The position numbers and the translations under genes are program-made. Below the pieces are notes generated by a model. It was not told the DNA's origin and ran no database searches. It was given only the letters and a program-made list of their open reading frames with translations. A stretch of 63,754 nucleotides of DNA, counting the filler, from Asterionella formosa (lineage: Eukaryota): assembly GCA_002256025.1 (NCBI GenBank). It is 6 parts of 6 records of this genome, joined end to end, with 100 filler letters (N's around TTAATTAATTAA, not from the genome) between each part and the next. Parts side by side here need not be neighbours in the genome. Positions count along the whole stretch, not along the records: positions 28,249 to 56,380 come from NKIB01001297.1; positions 56,481 to 58,224 come from NKIB01001298.1; positions 58,325 to 60,068 come from NKIB01001299.1; positions 60,169 to 61,911 come from NKIB01001300.1; positions 62,012 to 63,754 come from NKIB01001301.1; 1 more part is not named here. One strand, written 5' to 3'. Below, piece after piece: positions 50,233 through 63,488 of this stretch; within the stretch, counting starts at the first letter, position 1; each line of letters opens with the position of its first letter.

Positions 50233-50914
50233 TCTTTGAATATCATTTATTATTATCTCGAGGTTCTTGAAAAGAGGGACGATATTGGTTCAATTATATT
50301 GGTTGAAGCGATCTCCCCTAAGGAATGCGTTTGATTTGAGCCTACAGGCAGTAATCTATTTTTCACGTTCCTTTTATGAGTAAATTCCTAACGTTAATTA
50401 AAGTCAAGGAGGAACAAATAATATGTCATCAACACGAATCTGTTTTTACTCTCCTTTCTATGAGTATATTCATTACGTTATTTTAGTGAATTGAAGTCAA
50501 AGCGGAAAACACCCTAACACAGATGTGTAATAAACACTAAGTGACATATGTTTGATTTGGTGATGAATGGGTTTTTAAATTCTATTCTGTACGGTATTTC
50601 ACGCAACATCGATATTTCCACGATTGACTCTGTCATGGGCCTTGTCCATGCCTGCAATACGGCATACTAACTCACAGAAATGGCAACCGCATTTATTTTT
50701 TATTGTTTGCCGTTTCCATCAACACATTGTCAGCTACCACTGTATTATTTGCTACATGACAAATGCAGTTATGCGTGTACCGGTATGCTAGTTAATAAGA
50801 ATAAACGAACCTAGTACATCTTTCGTTGAGGACATTCACTTGACAGCCTCGTGACTAAAGCGGACGGCAGAAAATCTCCCACTGTTTTCCTCCGCCATTT
50901 CCAATTTGCAAGTC

Positions 50915-52399
50915 CTAACGGCGAGCTGCATTCTGTACGGCATACATTTCTCGCTGATTTGACCAATCGTCATCTTCCCCTTCCGACAAAGGGAACCCCG
51001 CATCTTCGTCATTGAATGAATCCATAAAGGAGGGTAAGTTGCTTGTATCAATGACAATTTTGGTAGGTAAATCGTCGGGTCCTCTCCGCTTGAAAGAGAA
51101 CACCTCCCTTCCTCCCCACTTGGTCGATACAACTTTGGTTTCCCCCCTCTTGGTAGGTACAACGTCAACTCCTCCCCTTTTGGCAGGTACAACTTCAGGT
51201 CCTCCGCGCTCGTCCAAAGTAGATTTGGTGGGAGAGACAATACGATCAGGTGAGTTGGAAAGTGAGGATGCCACCACACTTGGGGTTCCTTCCGAACCAC
51301 AGGGACAAAGTGTTTCATTTTTAGGTGCGACACTCTTTCTTTTTGTGGTTGATGGTTTCTTGCCAGGGCTCGAAGGAATGGGAGTCACCACCTTACTATC
51401 CACAACTTCTGGATCACTGCCAATCAAAAAGAAATCTGCCAATGCTTGTTGAAGGTGTGGTGTATCTAATTCCATCAAGGAGGGAAACCAACTCGTCGTC
51501 GATGTTGGTCTTTCCTTCTGTGGCGTGTTGGGTCGTTTTGGAGAAGACTTGGTGATAACGACAGGTTCTTCCGCAAATTTGACAGATTTGGTCGATGCCG
51601 GAGAAACCGGTTCTGAAACAGGTTTGGCCAATCCAAAAAACCTTTTTCGTTTAGGTTCCGTCTTGGGTTTTTTGACTATACTGACTGGAAGGAATCCTTT
51701 TGTCTTGTGTTGCAGTCTAGTCGGTGGTTCGTCCTTCTCGTCGTTTGTGTCCATGGACAAGTCTGAGTAGCAGTGCGACGATTGGTAACTTCTTTCCAAC
51801 GAGTCGATGCTCTGTTCGTCGTATTGTCCTTCGTTTCCCTGGTTTCTAACAATCACAGTAACCTTGTCAGTAGCATGATTTGTCTTCGGTTGCAACGACA
51901 ACAAGGGCTGTTGTTGTTCAGCATCCAATTGATCCACCACAGACAGCAAGGCTCCTATAACCTTGGCTCTAGACACTTGTTTCCCCTGTCGTTGTGCTGT
52001 TCTGATTTGAGTTTCCATTAGTCGTAATTTCATAGTCACATCCACGACGGAAGTGTCAGCCAAGGAGACTTGTCGAATCACTGGCAAGTAATCAACGACA
52101 TTGCGGTTGCGCTCCAACGAAGTGTCTCTTGTTGGCACATTGGTTAACTTGTTCCGAAACCACCGTCGTGCCGCAGTTCGTCCTCGATTGCCGGTACTAC
52201 TATTCGCAGTAGCAGTTGCAGTGGTACTAGCACTAGGAATCTTGGGCTCGCCATATCTAATCAATGAAGACAACGAGGAGCTCCTGACTGCCACATTGCG
52301 CATCGAATGATTTCCTTCCTTGACTTGAATGTCATGAATGAGTTCTTGGGCATTCCGACGACGTCGAAAGGGAGATAACGAACGGCGAAGCGCCTTCAT
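50915..52399 (-). CDS. Unknown S/P/K-rich protein
   Basis: Open frame of about 494 aa from ATG 52399; 10-aa repeats (K/E)RGGxxVVPT near the C-terminus. Confidence 0.75.
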   Translation of the reverse strand: MKALRRSLSPFRRRRNAQELIHDIQVKEGNHSMRNVAVRSSSLSSLIRYGEPKIPSASTTATATANSSTGNRGRTAARRWFRNKLTNVPTRDTSLERNRNVVDYLPVIRQVSLADTSVVDVTMKLRLMETQIRTAQRQGKQVSRAKVIGALLSVVDQLDAEQQQPLLSLQPKTNHATDKVTVIVRNQGNEGQYDEQSIDSLERSYQSSHCYSDLSMDTNDEKDEPPTRLQHKTKGFLPVSIVKKPKTEPKRKRFFGLAKPVSEPVSPASTKSVKFAEEPVVITKSSPKRPNTPQKERPTSTTSWFPSLMELDTPHLQQALADFFLIGSDPEVVDSKVVTPIPSSPGKKPSTTKRKSVAPKNETLCPCGSEGTPSVVASSLSNSPDRIVSPTKSTLDERGGPEVVPAKRGGVDVVPTKRGETKVVSTKWGGREVFSFKRRGPDDLPTKIVIDTSNLPSFMDSFNDEDAGFPLSEGEDDDWSNQREMYAVQNAARR

Positions 52400-53174
52400 C
52401 TTGTTACCAGTACCGGGGTACACCAGTGTAGTTTTTGTTTCAAGAATAATACTCCATAAATATAGCTAGAAGATATTTTCTGATTTCGAGGAGTGCATTT
52501 TATTTTTTCTTCCTGAGGTACGTAGGTACCTGGTACATGGTACATGGTACCACACCGGCATGGAGACAGGAGAGAATTGGGACCAGAGGTATTGTAGTTT
52601 TACTTAAGGGCAATGGGGTACGTATTTATATACATATATGGATGAGCGTACGACCATCAATCGGATAGCTGGATTGTTGGATAATGCTCCGACATGTTGT
52701 TAGATTGTATATATATACTGGCTAAATGTTTAAAAAGGGAGCTCGCTCGGCATGAACCAAATTTTGAATTCGACAAAATTTGTATAAGGATATGTATATA
52801 TAAACATTCGATTTTTAATTTTTATCTATATCTTCAGTACTGTAGTGAAGGCTTCCCATTGTACTGTGCCAGTATTGACAATTAATTCTACCCCCAATAC
52901 TACCATTTTTTGTCGCAGTGAAAGCTAGTGCACTAGTTAACTATCATGATGCACGTACAAAGCATGCACTGTGTGTGAGTGGGCGGTGCCACCATTGCTG
53001 GTACCAGGTACCAGGTACTAGGGTTACCACTGGCGATGCTGTTACAATGCATGAAGTACCCTGGTACCTGGTACTACGGTATGTACCAGGTACCAGCACC
53101 ACTGCAACCTTTCAACATTTGGTTGACAAGAATGTGATTAACAATCTTATCCTGACCATATGTCTCATAGATTT

Positions 53175-54221
53175 GTCTGTAAATAGAAAACCGTTAGGCC
53201 TAACAGTTTTGCTGTAAGACCCACTGCCCCAAAAATTCTCAGTATGACGTACCATTTTTTGATTGATCATACAAAAAACTTTCGATCTAACGTTCATTAC
53301 TACTGATCTAACTTATTTCTCTCATTGATCAAACCTATTATCATGTTTGATCAATGATGAACACAAATCGAATTAAATGGATTGCTATTTAATGCTCAAA
53401 TATTCTACTTCTGGTCACCCATACTTTCCACTGTGCATCCTCTATCAGAATGAGCACACAGTGGTCTTCAATACCTTGATTTTCACTTCCGGTAGCTATG
53501 TCTAGATCATTCCCTTTTCAAAATGAAATGAGAGAGTAAACGAAATTGATGAAGCTTTATTCGAATCTCTACCATTGCGAATGGCAGCAAGTCACATTCT
53601 CCAATGTTCTTTTACGACTTTCCTGTAAGAGATAATAACAACAATGTAAGCAAAACTGTTGCATCAAGTAAGCAAGGCAGCCATCTAAACAAAGATATGT
53701 GCAACAAAACAATCACATGAACAATCCATCGCTCCAATTTCCGTATGAGCAGGCAATGCGCATATAACTTACCTGTGCTCTCATGGTTGATTGTTGCTTC
53801 CATTAAGAATGGTGAAAAGCCACATTCTCCAAGGTTCCTATATGATTTTGAGGAGATAATATCAATGTTAGCAAAAGTGTTGCAACGATTAAAGCGTCTC
53901 CAGTCACACATGTGCCACGAACTGACGACATATACAATCTATATAACTTCACATTCCATTCGACATTACGAGCATCAAATGAGAGTATTGTAACTTACCT
54001 ATGCTCTCACTGTTGATTGATGGGTGACAAGGTAGCCTTGCTTGTTAACCCTCACATCTGCATATATGGAATGGAAAGATGTTATTTATGTCGAAATCCT
54101 AATAAATGGACACAGACACTACAAAGCCTCTGCAGCATTGTGCACAAACATATTAAGTGCGATTTCTTACCTCGTAATTAGGTTGATTTTATCGTTCGTC
54201 CTGAGGAAGTGTAGAAACTTT
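53175..54221 (-). repeat. Inverted, internally deleted copy of 7008-8410
   Basis: Continuous reverse-complement homology; about 7945-8300 is absent in this copy. Confidence 0.92.
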
Positions 54222-54488
54222 AACTGGTACTTACATGATGGAGGAATACTAGAACTTACATGATGCTCAGTAGAGTACAGTAACAGCAGCCAGGACCTCG
54301 TTCGTCACCATTATCCAAGCGGGAACTACCCTGGTACCGTACATAGAACTGTACTAACGTTCAAGTTTGGCTATGGTATTGATCAATACTACCGGTAGGT
54401 ATTTGAACATGATTGAAAACACTTGAAGCTCATTATTATGATATAATGCCGAAGTACTCAGATTATAACATAGGTAGTGAATGATAAA

Positions 54489-55924
54489 TTAACATTTCTG
54501 TATGAGCTAAGAGACTAACTCCCTTTGTAATCTTGGCGCGCCAAAAATAATTTCAGAATGTTATCTTTTATTATTGTTTCATTCTTTGATTTTAAAGCAT
54601 CAGCGGCCCATTTACCGTACCTTGACTCCTGTACATCGTTATCGTCATGTCCGGTAAAGGAATAAAAAGAGGAGATAATTCTAAAGTTGATTACTTGTCT
54701 CAGAAGAAGTACCGCAACAGTAACCAGGATGAAAAGATTCGGAAAAAAGCCTTCCTATTCATGTCAAACATAGCAGGCATTTGGTTACTCCTGCAACGAA
54801 ATTGTCTCATGAGTACGAAGAGTTTGTAACAAATACAACTGCTTCAACAAAGCAGCGAGATAATCATCAAGATTCAGATTCTGTCAATGATGATTTTTTG
54901 TCAGAACTGTCCTCTCCCGGTAACAAGAAGGTGCCGCCTTTTTATTCACCCATTCAAGGAAGGAGTGACGACTCACCGGTGACTGATAATCCAAAGACAA
55001 ATATGATGGAGTTACATATCGATAATGGCGACGATCTCAAATATATATCACAGTTCCGCCTAAGTCTTGAGACAGTGATTGATCAGAAGCATCATTATTT
55101 GTTGTTGTTTTATGTTCAACAACTTCATAATAAGATTGCCCTAATACCAAAATACTTGCTGAAGGCAATACACTCCCGAGGTGGTCTCTTGCCTGCGAGT
55201 ATACATGTGTTCGAGGCTGGGTGGCGGGAGTAGGTTGACCGTACGTTCGTATCAGAAGCTACATGAATACTCAGCCAGAGAGAGTCAAAAAAGCTGGAGC
55301 AGCGTGGCGATCACGCTTGGTGCTCAGAATGGAATGATCAGGGTTGCCTGTTAAGTGGGCGGAGAGGAATGACTGTGTCGGAAATACTGCTACTGGTGTC
55401 AGGCTACTACAGCGATGCGCATGGTTACAGCAACCAGACCATTGACGCTTAACAACGATGCAGGTCTACATTGGGTTGAGCTTTCGGTCTTCGATTGTTG
55501 TATGGTGATGGAAAGTCAATGCTGCCTGCGTAAGTACATGATTCACAATGCATACATCTCCACTAAAACTCTTATTTTTTATATCATTTCTAATCCAAAT
55601 TTTTGTTTCTTTTTTTGTTTGATGCAAATTATTACATCGCATTTCATACTTTGGTTGCTCCAAACATCATGTTCAATTTTCATTGATGTTGCATATTACA
55701 ATCATTCTCGTGTGTTTTACGCTTGTTGTATCATCTCTAAGCGTATTACCGTTATTCTGGTTGTCATGCTAAAAACGGCAATTTTATTGCCGAAAAATTC
55801 GATGTGCCCCATACTGCCCTTCAAAAAAAATTACTAAGAGCCAAAAAAATACTTAGAAGTACCCAAATGGCATGACGATATCTGGAGCGGGAATTGCCTA
55901 CAAATAATGATACAAATGGGTTAA
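54489..55924 (+). mobile_element. Possible piggyBac-like relic
   Basis: Ends in ATGGG|TTAA at 55916-55924; Cys-rich fragments (CRKYCYWC, VELSVFDCC) near 55370-55500; left end only weakly similar. Confidence 0.3.
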
Positions 55925-56020
55925 GACTTAGTACGCCAATTGAATGGTCTGCCAGCAAAAATTAGTTCCAATGGATGTAGAAAATATTGATGCAAACAAA
56001 TTTAAAAAAACAGTACTGGT

Positions 56021-56380
56021 ACACGAAGTCGTGGAAAACGATGGACATTTGTGTTTCGAATTATCTATATGCAAATATGATCATCTCAACAATACCAGAC
56101 GTTACATATTGAGAGTGCCTTTGATTTTTATAAATGTACGACACTTGATATATTTATATATTTACAAATTTTATAACTTTATACTTGGCAAATATATTTG
56201 AAATCGTTCTGTCATGTTAACAAACAATGCCTGCTTCATGAAAAGAAATATGTATAGTAGTAAAGCACATGACAAGAAAGAAAAAGTTTACGCAATAACG
56301 AAAAACATTGTGGCTTTGACACATTGCGCCTTCGAAGGATGGAGTATGTTTAATGTAAAGAAGCCATCAATGTGGTACTT
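56021..56380 (+). repeat. Dispersed repeat, diverged direct copy at 62852-63228
   Basis: CACG.AGTCGTGGAAAAC.ATGGACAT ... AAGCCATCAATGTG..GGTACTT in both places. Confidence 0.88.
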
Positions 56381-56480
56381 NNNNNNNNNNNNNNNNNNNN
56401 NNNNNNNNNNNNNNNNNNNNNNNNTTAATTAATTAANNNNNNNNNNNNNNNNNNNNNNNNNNNNNNNNNNNNNNNNNNNN

Positions 56481-57640
56481 CAAATGCCAAGCCAATTGAT
56501 GGTATAGAAAAAATTGGATATTCGCCATGTGCAGGACCACTATTGTTGGATCAAGTCATTTCGGACATGGCGGAAGATGTATTGGAAATCACATCCGCCT
56601 CCGCCCGGCGCTTGTATAGCGCGTTCGAACTATCCAGTCGTGGTACCCCTCAGCAACTTCATACATTGCACCCACTGGCTCCGGTTCAACTATCTCTGGA
56701 TGCCGCTGGCCCGGAGGAAATCGTCGCGAGCCGAGTAACCGTAAATCAATCTACTGGACAATGCCCATGCACCAAGGCGACATTACGGCTTATCAATCTA
56801 GATTCAGAACAAAGAGCCAGGTTGCGTGAGGGGTTGATTAACATTGCAAAGGCGGAGTTCAAGTCATTCAACCAAAGCAGTGATGGCGACAAGGCTGGTT
56901 TGGCGTTGGAATCCTTTGCCGATTGGTTGGACCAACGAGAAGGGGCGCCCTTTACTGCAATTATTGATGGTCCCAATGCGGCATACTTTATGCAAAATTT
57001 TGACGAGGGGAAGTTCAACATTCATCAACTTCAATTCTTGGTGCAAGCACTGGAGGACAAGGGCGAGAATCCCTTGGTCATTTTGCCCAATAAATATTCT
57101 GGTTCGTCCTTTAACATCTTCAAGGCAGGAAGTCCTGTCAGGCAACACGTAAGCAAACAGGAAAAAGCGATCCTTCAAAATTTGATCCAAGCGGGGAAAT
57201 TGTACGTTGTCCCAGCACGTGTCTTGGATGATTACTTTTGGATGCTGGCTAGCGTTTCAGACCAAATAAATTCGAGGAAAGGAGAGTCTATCTTTGTTGA
57301 ACCGGGTAATCCGGAGGGTCGTTGGCCAGGAGCTAGACCCATGCTTGTTTCCAACGATCAAATGCGAGATCACAAGCTTGAATTGATTGAGCCTCGTTTG
57401 TTCCGAAGATGGTATGCCTGTCACATAGTGAATTACAACTTCACAGGCTTTGTGAATTCACAATGTGTGGATGGTGAAATCGGATACAGTCCTGCCGATG
57501 TCTTTAGTCGTGAAATTCAAGGCAACCCATCGCCTTTGGCTGGGGAAGAAGGTAGCGCTGGAATGGCATGGCACTTTCCGGTCGAAGATTGGCCTACATC
57601 GGATCGGTTTGTTCTTCGCTATCCAAACCGGTCAAGATAG
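56481..57640 (+). CDS. PRORP: Protein-only RNase P, C-terminal part (NYN metallonuclease); 5' part lost in gap
   Basis: AIIDGPNAAY, LDDYFWMLAS, LVSNDQMRDH, WHFP; frame open back to the gap. Confidence 0.88.
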
Positions 57641-57805
57641 TAGACTAAGGACGAGCATTTAGTTTATAGATAAATCATCAGGCTTAGTTTTGATAGTTGA
57701 TAGATAAATCCAAACGTAAAGTTTTGATGAACTGTGGATGAGGCAGTCTAGGTTTAATGGTTGTGATACCAAATTACATGGTAGAAAGCATCATATCACT
57801 TCCGA

Positions 57806-58224
57806 TCACACCGCATGTCCAGGATCTCGATCGAGTCCGGCGAATAGAGTGTCCCATGTCTTTCCTTGCCTCTCTTTTCCTGATAGAAATGGCGTCGGAT
57901 CTTTGGATTTCATAATATTGCCAAGGCCAACACTTTCGACTGGTTTTGCAGTCAACAATTCGTAGCATTCGAAAGTTGCATCAAACGTGTCACTAGAATT
58001 CAAGCACTGTACGCAAATAGCAGCCACATCGGCTCTTGAGAGCCGTCCACTCTTGTTGTCCCCTTGATTCAGTTCCAGAGCGGCTGCTCCAAGCGACGGT
58101 CCCGTGGTCAAACCTCCAGGTCGTACCACAGTATATCCCAACTTCTTCGCAATCATGTCCGGATTAGCGTACAATTCTCTCACTGCATCTTCGCCTTGAA
58201 TCTTGGCTTCCATAATCCCCCTAC
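57806..58224 (-). CDS. Atypical SDR / NAD(P)-binding (NAD_binding_10, Tic62-like) protein, C-terminal part
   Basis: K..GED.VR, YTVVRPGGLT, QGD..SGRLSRADVA, TFECY. Confidence 0.85.
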
Positions 58225-58324
58225 NNNNNNNNNNNNNNNNNNNNNNNNNNNNNNNNNNNNNNNNNNNNTTAATTAATTAANNNNNNNNNNNNNNNNNNNN
58301 NNNNNNNNNNNNNNNNNNNNNNNN

Positions 58325-59910
58325 AATTAAGTCGTACGCAACGCCGGGTGTACCAGGAAAGACATTGAACAAGAATGACGGTGAAGTCATTATGGAAGGA
58401 GAATATCGAAAAATTGTGGGCAAGTTACTATGGTCTACAAAGAAGGATTCGCCGGACTGTGCGAATGCGGTTCGGGAACTATCGGCTCATTTAAGTTGCC
58501 CAGGTGAAGAACAATGGCATGCAGTGGCAAGAGTCATTGGTTACCTATCCAATATGGAGGATAGAGTTCTCAAGTTGCGTAAGCCAAAAGAGTTAAGAGT
58601 CATTGCCTACGTGGACAGTGACTGGGCTGCTAATAAGGTTAACAGGAAGAGCACGACTGGCTATCTTGTTACTATTGGCGGGGCACTTATCAGTTGGCAG
58701 TCGAAGGGACAACAAACGGTTACGCTGTCCAGTACGGAAGCCGAGTATGTGGCGATGTCCCAGTGTGGACAAGAGATCAAGTTTATAGCAATGCTACTGA
58801 AGGAGGTTACTGGTGGTAAGGTCATGTTACCAAGTATCCTACGAGAAGACAATACAGGAGCTATTTTTATCGCGAAGAATCAGCAAATCGGAACCAGGAC
58901 AAAACATATTGATATTAAGTATCATCATGTAAAGGACATGATTGAGGATGAAGAATTGGAAGTCATTTTTATAAGGTCGGAAGATAATTTTGCGGACATT
59001 ATGACCAAGAATGTGAAGGAACAGATTCATACGAGATTGTCCGAACCAGTTCAGAGTGGAACGATGTTACAGCCTCTTGAGCGTGGCAATGGGGAGGATG
59101 TCAAGAATATTAGCCCGAGTCACAAGGATTGTGGACTCGATTGTAATCGAACGAGTCGAATATAGCATTGCCACGTCAATCAGCTGTCTAACGAGATCAG
59201 AGATTGAAGATTTCTAAGGAAATGTTAAGTGGAAACTCGAAGAGAGTCTTAGAACGACTTTGCAGGAAGCAAAGATGCATGGAAAGGAAACATTTAGTTT
59301 AGCTTATAATTTAATTTGAGATTTAGATTATCAACCAAGGAAACAGTGTGTTAATTGACAGGAAGGTCAATTAGTCTATCTAGCAGGAAGGCTAGAAGCA
59401 GAGACAAGAGAGAAAGTGAGTGGTACTAGGTAGTACTACGATCACGTAAGAGTCTACGTGAAGAGAGACCCAACCCGCGGGAAGGAGTACGGACCATTTC
59501 AACATACCAGGTACCTGGTGAAGTATCTAACTAGAAGTAGTAGTATTTGTTGAATATATGAGCTTATTTGTTAATCCTTGTGTGTAACTCGTTCTCCAAG
59601 TCGACACCAAAGTATACAATGAGGGTTAGTCGAGTTCTCTCATTATTGAGTTCTTATACATACATGATATAACACTAACCCTATATACATCTGTATTGAT
59701 GCGCAAGATCGCTCACTCTCCCACACCAAGGGAAAACCTTTTACCTTTGAAAAGGTTTGATGTAATGGATATTAATTCAGTCCGTAGTATGCATAGTTTG
59801 TTGAAAAGTAACTGGACCATTGGCATATACTTGAATAAATAGAATAAGGACCTCGTCCATGGTTATCCAAGGTAGTAGGATTATCCGATAGGATTAAAAC
59901 CTCATCAACA
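58325..59910 (+). mobile_element. Ty1/copia LTR retrotransposon 3' end (RT end, RNase H, PPT, 3' LTR)
   Basis: YRKIVGKLLW, YVDSDWA, RKSTTGY, SSTEAEY, EDNTGAI, RTKHIDIKYH, N.ADIMTK; PPT GGGGAGGA at 59091-98; putative LTR TGTCAAG...TCAACA at 59099-59910. Confidence 0.93.
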
Positions 59911-60168
59911 ACCTTGTAATCGCAAGAACGACGACGGAAAGTATCACGACGTAGTCATTTGTCAATTATCACTTATCGACATTGATATCCCAATATCAAT
60001 TACATATCTGTAATCAAATCATGTTGGAAAACCCATGTTCCTGGTGAAAATACACAATGTACTATAAANNNNNNNNNNNNNNNNNNNNNNNNNNNNNNNN
60101 NNNNNNNNNNNNTTAATTAATTAANNNNNNNNNNNNNNNNNNNNNNNNNNNNNNNNNNNNNNNNNNNN

Positions 60169-61328
60169 CAAATGCCAATCCAATTGATGGTATAGAAAAA
60201 ATTGGATATTCGCCATGTGCAGGACCACTATTGTTGGATCAAGTCATTTCGGACATGGCGGAAGATGTATTGGAAATCACATCCGCCTCCGCCCGACGCT
60301 TGTATAGCGCGTTCGAACTATCCAGTCGTGGTACCCCTCAGCAACTTCCTACATTGCACCCACTGGCTCCGGTTCAACTATCTCTGGATGCTGCTGGCCC
60401 GGAGGAAATCGTCGCGAGCCGAGTAACGGTGAATCAGTCTACTGGGCAATGCCCATGCACCAAGGCGACATTACGGCTTATCAATCTAGATTCAGAACAA
60501 AGAGCCAGGTTGCGTGAGGGGTTGATTAACATTGCAAAGGCGGAGTTCAAGTCATTTAACCAAAGCAGTGATGGCAACAAGGCTGGTTTGGCGTTGGAAT
60601 CCTTTGCCGATTGGTTGGACCAACGAGAGGGGGCGCCCTTTACTGCAATTATTGATGGTCCCAATGCGGCATACTTTATGCAAAATTTTGACGAGGGCAA
60701 GTTCAACATTTATCAACTTCAGTTCTTGGTGCAAGCACTGGAGGACAAGGGCGAGAATCCCTTGGTCATTTTGCCCAATAAATATTCTGGTTCGTCCTTT
60801 AACATCTTCAAGGCAGGAAGTCCTGTCAGGCAACACGTAAGCAAACAGGAAAAAGCGATCCTTCAAAATTTGATCCAAGCGGGGAAATTGTACGTAGTCC
60901 CAGCACGCGTCTTGGATGATTACTTTTGGATGCTGGCTAGCGTTTCAGACCAAATAAATTCGAGGAAAGGAGAGTCTATCTTTGTTGAACCGGGTAATCC
61001 GGAGGGTCGTTGGCCAGGAGCTAGACCCATGCTTGTTTCCAACGATCAAATGCGAGATCACAAGCTTGAATTGATTGAGCCTCGTTTGTTCCGAAGATGG
61101 TATGCCTGTCACATAGTGAATTACAACTTCACAGGCTTTGTGAATTCACAATGTGTGGATAGTGAGATCGGATACAGTCCTGCCGATGTCTTTAGTCGTG
61201 AAATTCAAGGCAACCCATCGCCTTTGGCTGGGGAAGAAGGTAGCGCTGGAATAGCGTGGCACTTTCCGGTCGAAGATTGGCCTACATCGGATCGGTTTGT
61301 TCTTCGCTATCCAAACCGGTCAAGATAA
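60169..61328 (+). CDS. PRORP: PRORP C-terminal part, second near-identical copy (probable allele)
   Basis: Five amino-acid differences from the first copy within the 365-aa ORF; same contig boundaries. Confidence 0.88.
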
Positions 61329-61492
61329 TAGACTAAGGAAGAGCATTTAGTCAATAGATAAATCATCAGGCTTAGTTTTGATATTTGATAGATAAATCCA
61401 GACGTAAGTTTTGATGAACTGTGGATGAGGCAGTCTAGGTTTAATGGTTGTGATACCAGATTATATGGTAGAAAGCATCATATCACTTCCGA

Positions 61493-61911
61493 TCATACCG
61501 CATGTCCAGGATCTCGATCGAGTCCGGCGAATAGAGTGTCCCATGTCTTTCCCTGCCTCTCTTTTCCTGATAGAAATGGCGTCGGATCTTTGGATTTCAT
61601 AATATTGCCAAGGCCAACACTTTCGACTGGTTTTGCAGTCAACAATTCGTAGCATTCGAAAGTTGTATCAAACGTGTCACTAGAATTCAAGCACTGTACG
61701 CAAATAGCAGCCACATCGGCTCTTGAGAGCCGTCCACTCTTGTTGTCCCCTTGATTCAGTTCCAGAGCTGCTGCTCCAAGCGATGGTCCCGTGGTCAAAC
61801 CTCCAGGTCGTACCACAGTATATCCCAACTTCTTCGCAATCATGTCCGGATTAGCGTACAATTCTCTCACTGCATCTTCGCCTTGAATCTTGGCTTCCAT
61901 AATCCCCCTAC
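61493..61911 (-). CDS. NAD(P)-binding protein C-terminal part, second copy (probable allele)
   Basis: One amino-acid difference from 57806-58213. Confidence 0.85.
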
Positions 61912-62347
61912 NNNNNNNNNNNNNNNNNNNNNNNNNNNNNNNNNNNNNNNNNNNNTTAATTAATTAANNNNNNNNNNNNNNNNNNNNNNNNNNNNNNNNN
62001 NNNNNNNNNNNTCCTTGGGACTTCGTCATGTTGTGGCGTTCTACCCCCTGCTCCATAACCACAGCCACCCTGTCGCGGGCCGTTGCAACGCACGATAATG
62101 GGTGATGTACCAAATTTTTCCGGTATAATAGAGGGGGGGCGGGGGGCAGCGCTTTGACTTTCACAGCCTCTGTACAGAGCTGCGACAGAAAATAATAGGG
62201 AAAAACATAGTACCACCATAACCGTAGGTGCTGATAAAAGATGTAGACGTACTACCTGGTACCGGTAGTAACTCGTCAGCCTGGCTAATTATCGCGCCAG
62301 TTAAATTCATAAAAGCAATATCATGATAACTACCGGGTAGGTATGCC

Positions 62348-62690
62348 AGAACATATGGTGTTCTGTTGCTAGCTTATTACTCCGACTATTGGTTTTTAGT
62401 TTTACGATCATACAATCCTAGAACTATGATGATTTATTGTCCCACGGTAGTAGCAACAGTCCTGAATATTTGGTATTCCATTGGTTTTTAGTTTTACGAT
62501 CATACGATCCTAAAATTATGATGATTTACTGTCCCGCTGCAGTAGCAACAGTCATAGACATTTCGTGTTCTATTTGTTTTTAGTTTTACGATCATATGAT
62601 CCTAAAACTATGATGATTTACTGTCCCACTGCAGTAGCAACAGTCCTGAACATATGGTGTTCTGTTGCTAGTTTACTACTCCGACTACCC
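62348..62690. repeat. About 91-bp tandem repeat in three copies with a flanking 40-bp direct repeat
   Basis: GTTTTTAGTTTTACGATCATAY.ATCCTA.AA.TATGATGATTTAYTGTCCC...GTAGCAACAGTC three times; GAACATATGGTGTTCTGTTGCTAG at about 62349 and 62648. Confidence 0.9.
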
Positions 62691-62851
62691 CCACCAGCAT
62701 ATCACTTACTACCTGCTACTGGTACTCTGTATATATATATGATATATTGTTATTGTCATATGATGTACCGGTACACATGAAGAGCTCCCGCCCAAAAAGG
62801 GGGCTTAAACAATTTGCCACCATAACCCTGGCGGTTATGACTTACACGGTT

Positions 62852-63228
62852 CACGTAGTCGTGGAAAACAATGGACATATAGTGCATTGAGTATTTTCGA
62901 ATTATGTATATGCGAGTATGATCATCTCAACCATATCAGATGTTCCATATCGAGAGCGCCTTTGAATTTTATAAAATGTATTACTATATATATATATATA
63001 TATTTACAAATTTTATTACTATATTCATGGCCAATATATTTTTCAAATCGTTCTGTCACGTTAACAATCAATGCCTGCTGCTTCATGAAAAGATACGTCG
63101 TAGTAAAGCACATGACAGCAAAGAAAGTTTACGCAATACATAACGAAAAACATTGTGACTTCGACACATTGCGCATTCGAAGGATGGAGAATGTTTAAGG
63201 TAATGAAGCCATCAATGTGCGTGGTACT
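62852..63228 (+). repeat. Dispersed repeat, copy of 56021-56380
   Basis: Direct diverged homology. Confidence 0.88.
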
Positions 63229-63488
63229 TGGATGACAATCGTTGGGAGGCAGGCAGGCAGCACAACAACAAATTGTTAACTAAACGCACATTTCCTTTTT
63301 TCTCAGTTGATTCAACAGCTCAAACAAAACCAAACCAAATTGCGTAAGTGCTCTTGTCGCTCGTTGGACCTATTCACTTCTGTTGGAACAAAGCTATCAT
63401 GACTACTAGCTAACAAATCATTCCTTCTCATTGTTTCTGTAACTGCATAGGACCATAAAACCAATCAAACAACGGAATAGTCGGCGAA

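Noticed and set aside
62012..62219. 5' exon with signal peptide (MVVLCFSLLFSVAAL) of the NAD(P)-binding gene
   Set aside because: Plausible, but separated by an artificial gap and without recognisable domain sequence
62348..62690. CRISPR-like array
   Set aside because: Whole 91-bp units repeat with no unique spacers; no cas genes; eukaryotic context
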